The notes beneath the pieces were generated by a model. The model did no database searches and was not told where the DNA came from. It saw nothing but the letters and a program-made list of their open reading frames with translations. A stretch of 64,000 nucleotides of DNA. Origin: the human T2T-CHM13v2.0 reference genome, Homo sapiens. Shown one piece after another: positions 55,663 through 64,000 of the stretch. Position 1 is the stretch's first letter; each line of letters begins with the position of its first letter. The stretch is from the NCBI RefSeq assembly GCF_009914755.1, contig NC_060929.1. One strand, 5' to 3'. Position numbers and translations under genes: made by a program.

Positions 55663-56404
55663 GAGAGTCTAGTTCAAGGTCTACCACCAGCTCAAGCTGA
55701 CCTCTTAGGCAAGTCCATTTCCCTCTCTGAGCCTAGGTTTCCCTCTGGTAAAATGAGAGGGTCTGCATGAGATGATTCCAGAGGGTTCTTCCAACTTTGG
55801 CAGTAGGAGTTCCCTGGATAGTAGGAGGTCTCCTCTATGCCCCTAAAGGGCACATGCAACCCAAAGCAAGAGGTTCTCAAGGATTACTTAATGGCAGAAA
55901 CTAGAGCAGAGCCCACATCTTTTGACTAGTAATTCCTCAATACACTGACCACCCTCCTCCACTCCTTATACCTGCCTCCACCCTCTCCTCCTTATACTGG
56001 CCACTCTCTGGTGGCCACTGAAAAACTACTGTGGCCAGCTCCCAGAGAGGTGAGATGCCACATCACAATGAGGACTTCAGAGAACCTGCCTAAGTCCTGA
56101 GGTGTGCCAAGGACACCTAGTCCTCACCTCCTCCAAGGCCCTGGGACATCATGAAAATAAACAGAGATCTAATTCATAAATCCTTTGGGGACAAAAATAG
56201 GCTGAAACAAAAGGAACTGGTGAAAGCTCCAGAGCCCCTAGAGTTGGGTTTTTGAAAAGAAGCTCTAAAGCCCTGTCTTGACTCTTTCCTAGGACTGGAA
56301 TAGAGTAATGCAAGCACCCCCAGGGCCTTGACCTGCCTGGACGATTGGCTGTGTGGAGGGTGAAATAAGTGTAGATACTAATCATATTAGGAAAAATGAA
56401 CACA

Positions 56405-57116
56405 TTTGTTAATATTGAGTGCTGGCAAACGTTGGAAAATGGGTACACCCATACAATGCTAGTGGGAATGTACATTTGTACAACCACTTTGAAGAGCAAT
56501 TTGGCAGCATGTACTAAATTAAAAGGTATATGATCCTATGATTGAGTAACCCCACTCCTGGCATTGCCTGTGCTAGAAAAACACAAACAATTGTACCAAG
56601 AGGTATTCATAAAGCTATCTGTTGCCACTTTGCTGTCAAATGCACTCCCTGCTCTGTTCATTGCTGGAAACTATATTCCCAGGATTCCTTGCCCACTGGC
56701 TTCTGGGCAGATTTGGCCAATGGGAGGCACTGGTGAAAAGCTAGAGGGAGGAAAAGAGAAACTAAGGTGTTTCTTCCCTTCTGTCCCAGAGCACCTTTCA
56801 CAGTCCTAGCTCCCAACACAGGGCCTGCCCTGACTTCTGTGCTCTGCCAACACCACTTCCTCCTAGGAGTGCTCTCCAGCTGTAGGCGGGGGTCACATCT
56901 TCCTGTTGTTCCTAGTCTCTAAATAGCCTCACCTTCCTACTTGGCTTCTCAAGTCTCTTATCCCCTTGGTGACCAATTCTCTGCATTAAATCCCCTCTGT
57001 TTGAAGTGCCTAAGAAGGTTTTCTGTTTTCCTGACTAGACCCTAACTGATAACAGTGTTTGTTTCAGCATTATTGGTAATGCTGAAATTAGCAAAAAGTT
57101 AGAAATATCTCAGATG
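56405..57116 (+). mobile_element. Ancient L1ME-like 3' relic (host of the LTR33-like element and the young L1; resumes at 63579)
   Basis: GCTAGTGGGAATGTACATTTGTACAACCACTTTG...; TTTCAGCATTATTGGTAAT... continues after the L1 as ...AGAATACTCTGCAGCAATT...AAGTTGCAGA. Confidence 0.6.
56615..57054 (+). mobile_element. LTR33-like ERVL solo LTR
   Basis: TTTGGCCAATGGGAGGCACTGG; ATTAAATCCCCTCTGTTTGAA...CCTGACTAGACCCTAACTGATA end. Confidence 0.65.
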
Positions 57117-58010
57117 GAAGATGGCAGAATAGGAACAGCTCCGGTCTACAGCTCCCACCGTGAGCGATGCAGAAGACGGTGATTTCTGCATTTCCATCTG
57201 AGGTACCGGGTTCATCTCACTAGGGAGTGCCAGACAGTGGGCGCAGGTCAGTGGGTGCACGCACCGTGCGCGAGCCGAAGCAGGGCGAGGCATTGCCTCA
57301 CTTGGGAAGCACAAGGGGTCAGGGAGTTCCCTTTCCGAATCAAAGAAAGGGGTGACGGACGCACCTGGAAAGTCAGGTCACTCCCACCCGAATATTGTGC
57401 TTTTTGGACCGGCGTAAAAAACGGCGCACCACGAGATTATATCCCGCACCTGGCTCGGAGGGTCCTACGCCCACGGAGTCTCGCTGATTGCTAGCACAGC
57501 AGTCTGAGATCAAACTGCAAGGCGGCAGCGAGGCTGGGGGAGGGGCGCCCCCCATTGCCCAGGCTTGCTTAGGTAAACAAAGCAGCTGGGAAGCTCGAAC
57601 TGGGTGGAGCCCACCACAGCTCAAGGAGGCCTGCCTGCCTCTGTAGGCTCCATCTCTGGGGGCAGGGCACAGACAAACAAAAAGACAGCAGTAACCTCTG
57701 CAGACTTAAATGTCGCTGTCTGACAGCTTTGAAGAGAGCAGTGGTTCTCCCAGCACGCAGCTGGAGATCTGAAAACGGGCAGACTGCCTCCTCAAGTGGG
57801 TCCCTGACCCCTGACCCCCAAGCAGCCTAACTGGGAGGCACCCCCCAGCAGGGGCACACTGACACCTCACATGGCAGGGTATTCCAACAGACCTGCAGCT
57901 GAGGGTCCTGTCTGTTAGAAGGAAAACTAACAAACAGAAAGGACATCCACACCAAAAACCCATCTGTACATCACCATCATCAAAGACCAAAAGTAGATAA
58001 AACCACAAAC
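57117..58010. promoter_or_regulatory. L1 5'UTR with internal sense promoter and antisense promoter
   Basis: Recognisable CpG-rich L1 5'UTR; promoter function is established for L1PA/L1Hs 5'UTRs but not shown for this copy. Confidence 0.7.
57373..57555 (-). pseudogene. ORF0: L1 ORF0, truncated at 60 of the usual 71 aa
   Basis: MGGAPPPASLPPCSLISDCCASNQRDSVGVGPSEPG...NIRVGVT* matches ORF0p; the next codon (normally CGA, Arg) is TGA. Confidence 0.85.
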
Positions 58011-59027
58011 ATGGGGAAAAAACAGAACAGAAAAACTGGAAACTCTAAAACGCAGAGCGCCTCTCTTCCTCCAAAGGAACGCAGTTCCTCACCAGCAACG
58101 GAACAAAGCTGGATGGAGAATGACTTTGACGAGCTGAGAGAAGAAGGCTTCAGACGATCAAATTACTCTGAGCTACGGGAGGACATTCAAACCAAAGGCA
58201 AAGAAGTTGAAAACTTTGAAAAAAATTTAGAAGACTGTATAACTAGAATAACCAATACAGAGAAGTGCTTAAAGGAGCTGATGGAGCTGAAAACCAAGGC
58301 TCAAGAACTACGTGAAGAATGCAGAAGCCTCAGGAGCCGATGAGATCAACTGGAAGAAAGGGTATCAGCGATGGAAGATGAAATGAATGAAATGAAGCGA
58401 GAAGGGAAGTTTAGAGAAAAAAGAATAAAAAGAAATGAGCAAAGCCTCCAAGAAATATGGGACTATGTGAAAAGACCAAATCTACGTCTGATTGGTGTAC
58501 CTGAAAGTGATGGGGAGAATGGAACCAAGTTGGAAAACACTCTGCAGGATATTATCCAGGAGAACTTCCCCAATCTAGCAAGGCAGGCCAACATTCAGAT
58601 TCAGGAAATACTGAGAATACCACAAAGATACTCCTCGAGAAGAGCAACTCCAAGACACATAATTGTCAGATTCACCAAAGTTGAAATGAAGGAAAAAATG
58701 TTAAGGGCAGCCAGAGAGAAAGGTCGGGTTACCCTCAAAGGGAAGCCCATCAGACTAACAGTGGATCTCTCGGCAGAAACCCTACAAGCCAGAAGAGAGT
58801 GGGGGCCAATATTCAACATTCTTAAAGAAAAGAATTTTCAACCCAGAATTTCATATCCAGCCAAACTAAGCTTCATAAGTGAAGGAGAAATAAAATACTT
58901 TACAGACAAGCAAATGCTGAGAGATTTTGTCACCACCAGGCCTGCCATAAAAGAGCTCCTGAAGGAAGCGCTAAACACGGAAAGGAACCACCGGTACCAG
59001 CCGCTGCAAAATCATGCCAAAATGTAA
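58011..59027 (+). pseudogene. ORF1: L1 ORF1p with a premature stop
   Basis: MGKKQNRKTGNSK...RSR*DQLEER...QNHAKM; in-frame TGA at 58341-58343 replaces Cys111. Confidence 0.95.
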
Positions 59028-59090
59028 AGACCATCGAGACTAGGAAGAAACTGCATCAACTAACAAGCAAAATCACCAGCTAACATCATA

Positions 59091-62916
<3,826 letters not shown>

Positions 62917-63144
62917 ACAATGAGATCACATGGACACAGGAAGGGGAACATCACACTCTGGGGACTGTGGTGGGGTGGGGGGAGGGGGGAGGGATAGCAT
63001 TGGGAGATATACCTAATGCTAGATGACGAGTTAGTGGGTGCAGCGCACCAGCATGGCACATGTATACATATGTAACTAACCTGCACAATGTGCACATGTA
63101 CCCTAAAACTTAAAGTATAATAAAAAAAAAAGGAAAAAAAAAAA

Positions 63145-63562
63145 GAAAGTGACCATGAAAAATAAATTCGCTGGGGAGGGGGGCTCCATGCTGGTGTGGC
63201 CAAGGCTGAGAGCTCTCCCTTCTCTGTTACAAAAGGAGATAAGCAAGTGTTAGCATTGCCTTAAGTCCACACTGGCATCTCCCAGACCTTCTCCAGGGAC
63301 AGAAGCAGGAGTAAGTTTCTCATCCCATGGGCGACCAGGGCCATCTCCTCCCACCAGTGGCCCCCACTCACAGGGAGCTGGCAATGCCCTACCTGCCTGT
63401 TCTCCAGATGGAGAAACAGGCTCTGAGAGTTCAGAGGTCTTGCCCAAAGTCATTGATTTTGATGATTAAAAAGAATAAACACAGTGTTTCCTGAGTAGCA
63501 GTGATTGTTATGCCTTGCTATTTTAATAAAGATTCTATTTTCGTAAAAAAAAAAAAAAGAAA
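63145..63562 (+). other. L1 3'-transduced genomic segment with a second poly(A) tail
   Basis: About 400 bp of non-L1 sequence between the L1 A tail and a second A tail (63545-63562); AATAAA at 63525-63530; lies inside the TSD. Confidence 0.92.
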
Positions 63563-64000
63563 AGAAATATCTCAGATGTTCACTATTTGAGAAATAGTAC
63601 AGAATACTCTGCAGCAATTTTTTAAGTTGACATAAATCTGCAACATGGAATATGTACTGATGGAAAAAAGAAAGTTGCAGACCAGTATGTCCTGTAGTGT
63701 TTGATTAATGTTTATTCTTTAAAAATAATAAACCAATTGCATATGTATTCTATAGTTTTATATAATCTTTAGGTTTATATATAAATTGATACATTTACAG
63801 AAATATCTGGAAGGATTTATGGCAAACTAATTGCATTATTTCCTTTGTCAGGTACCTAAGATAGAAGTGGAGTAGGAGAACCCTAACTTTACTATATTGT
63901 TTAAAGTTTTTACAAGAAAAGTATATTTATGTATTACTTATGTAAGTAAAAATTAATTTCAAGGTAGATAGCAAAACAAAAAAAAAGACATAGAATGGGA

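Overview
Primate (human-like) genomic DNA, intergenic or intronic, dominated by interspersed repeats. I found no credible cellular protein-coding exon, tRNA/rRNA gene or CRISPR array, and I could not identify the locus. Nearly all long ORFs derive from LINE-1; the exceptions are low-complexity or chance ORFs. Main elements: a near full-length L1PA2-like element (57117-63144, +) whose ORF0, ORF1 and ORF2 are all disabled and which carries a ~400 bp 3' transduction inside a perfect 16-bp target-site duplication; a near full-length older L1PB-type element (6662-12456, +) that splits a MIR; two 5'-truncated antisense L1PA copies; three Alus; and several MaLR/ERV solo LTRs, L2, MIR and L1M relics. 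Other unusual structures are a nested palindrome with five octamer motifs inside an ERV1 LTR (16273-16428), a ~225 bp ~95%-identical local duplication (25091-25315 / 26257-26480) and a ~45 bp dispersed duplicate. Repeat subfamily names come from recalled consensus features, not a database search. Boundaries of old repeats are approximate.
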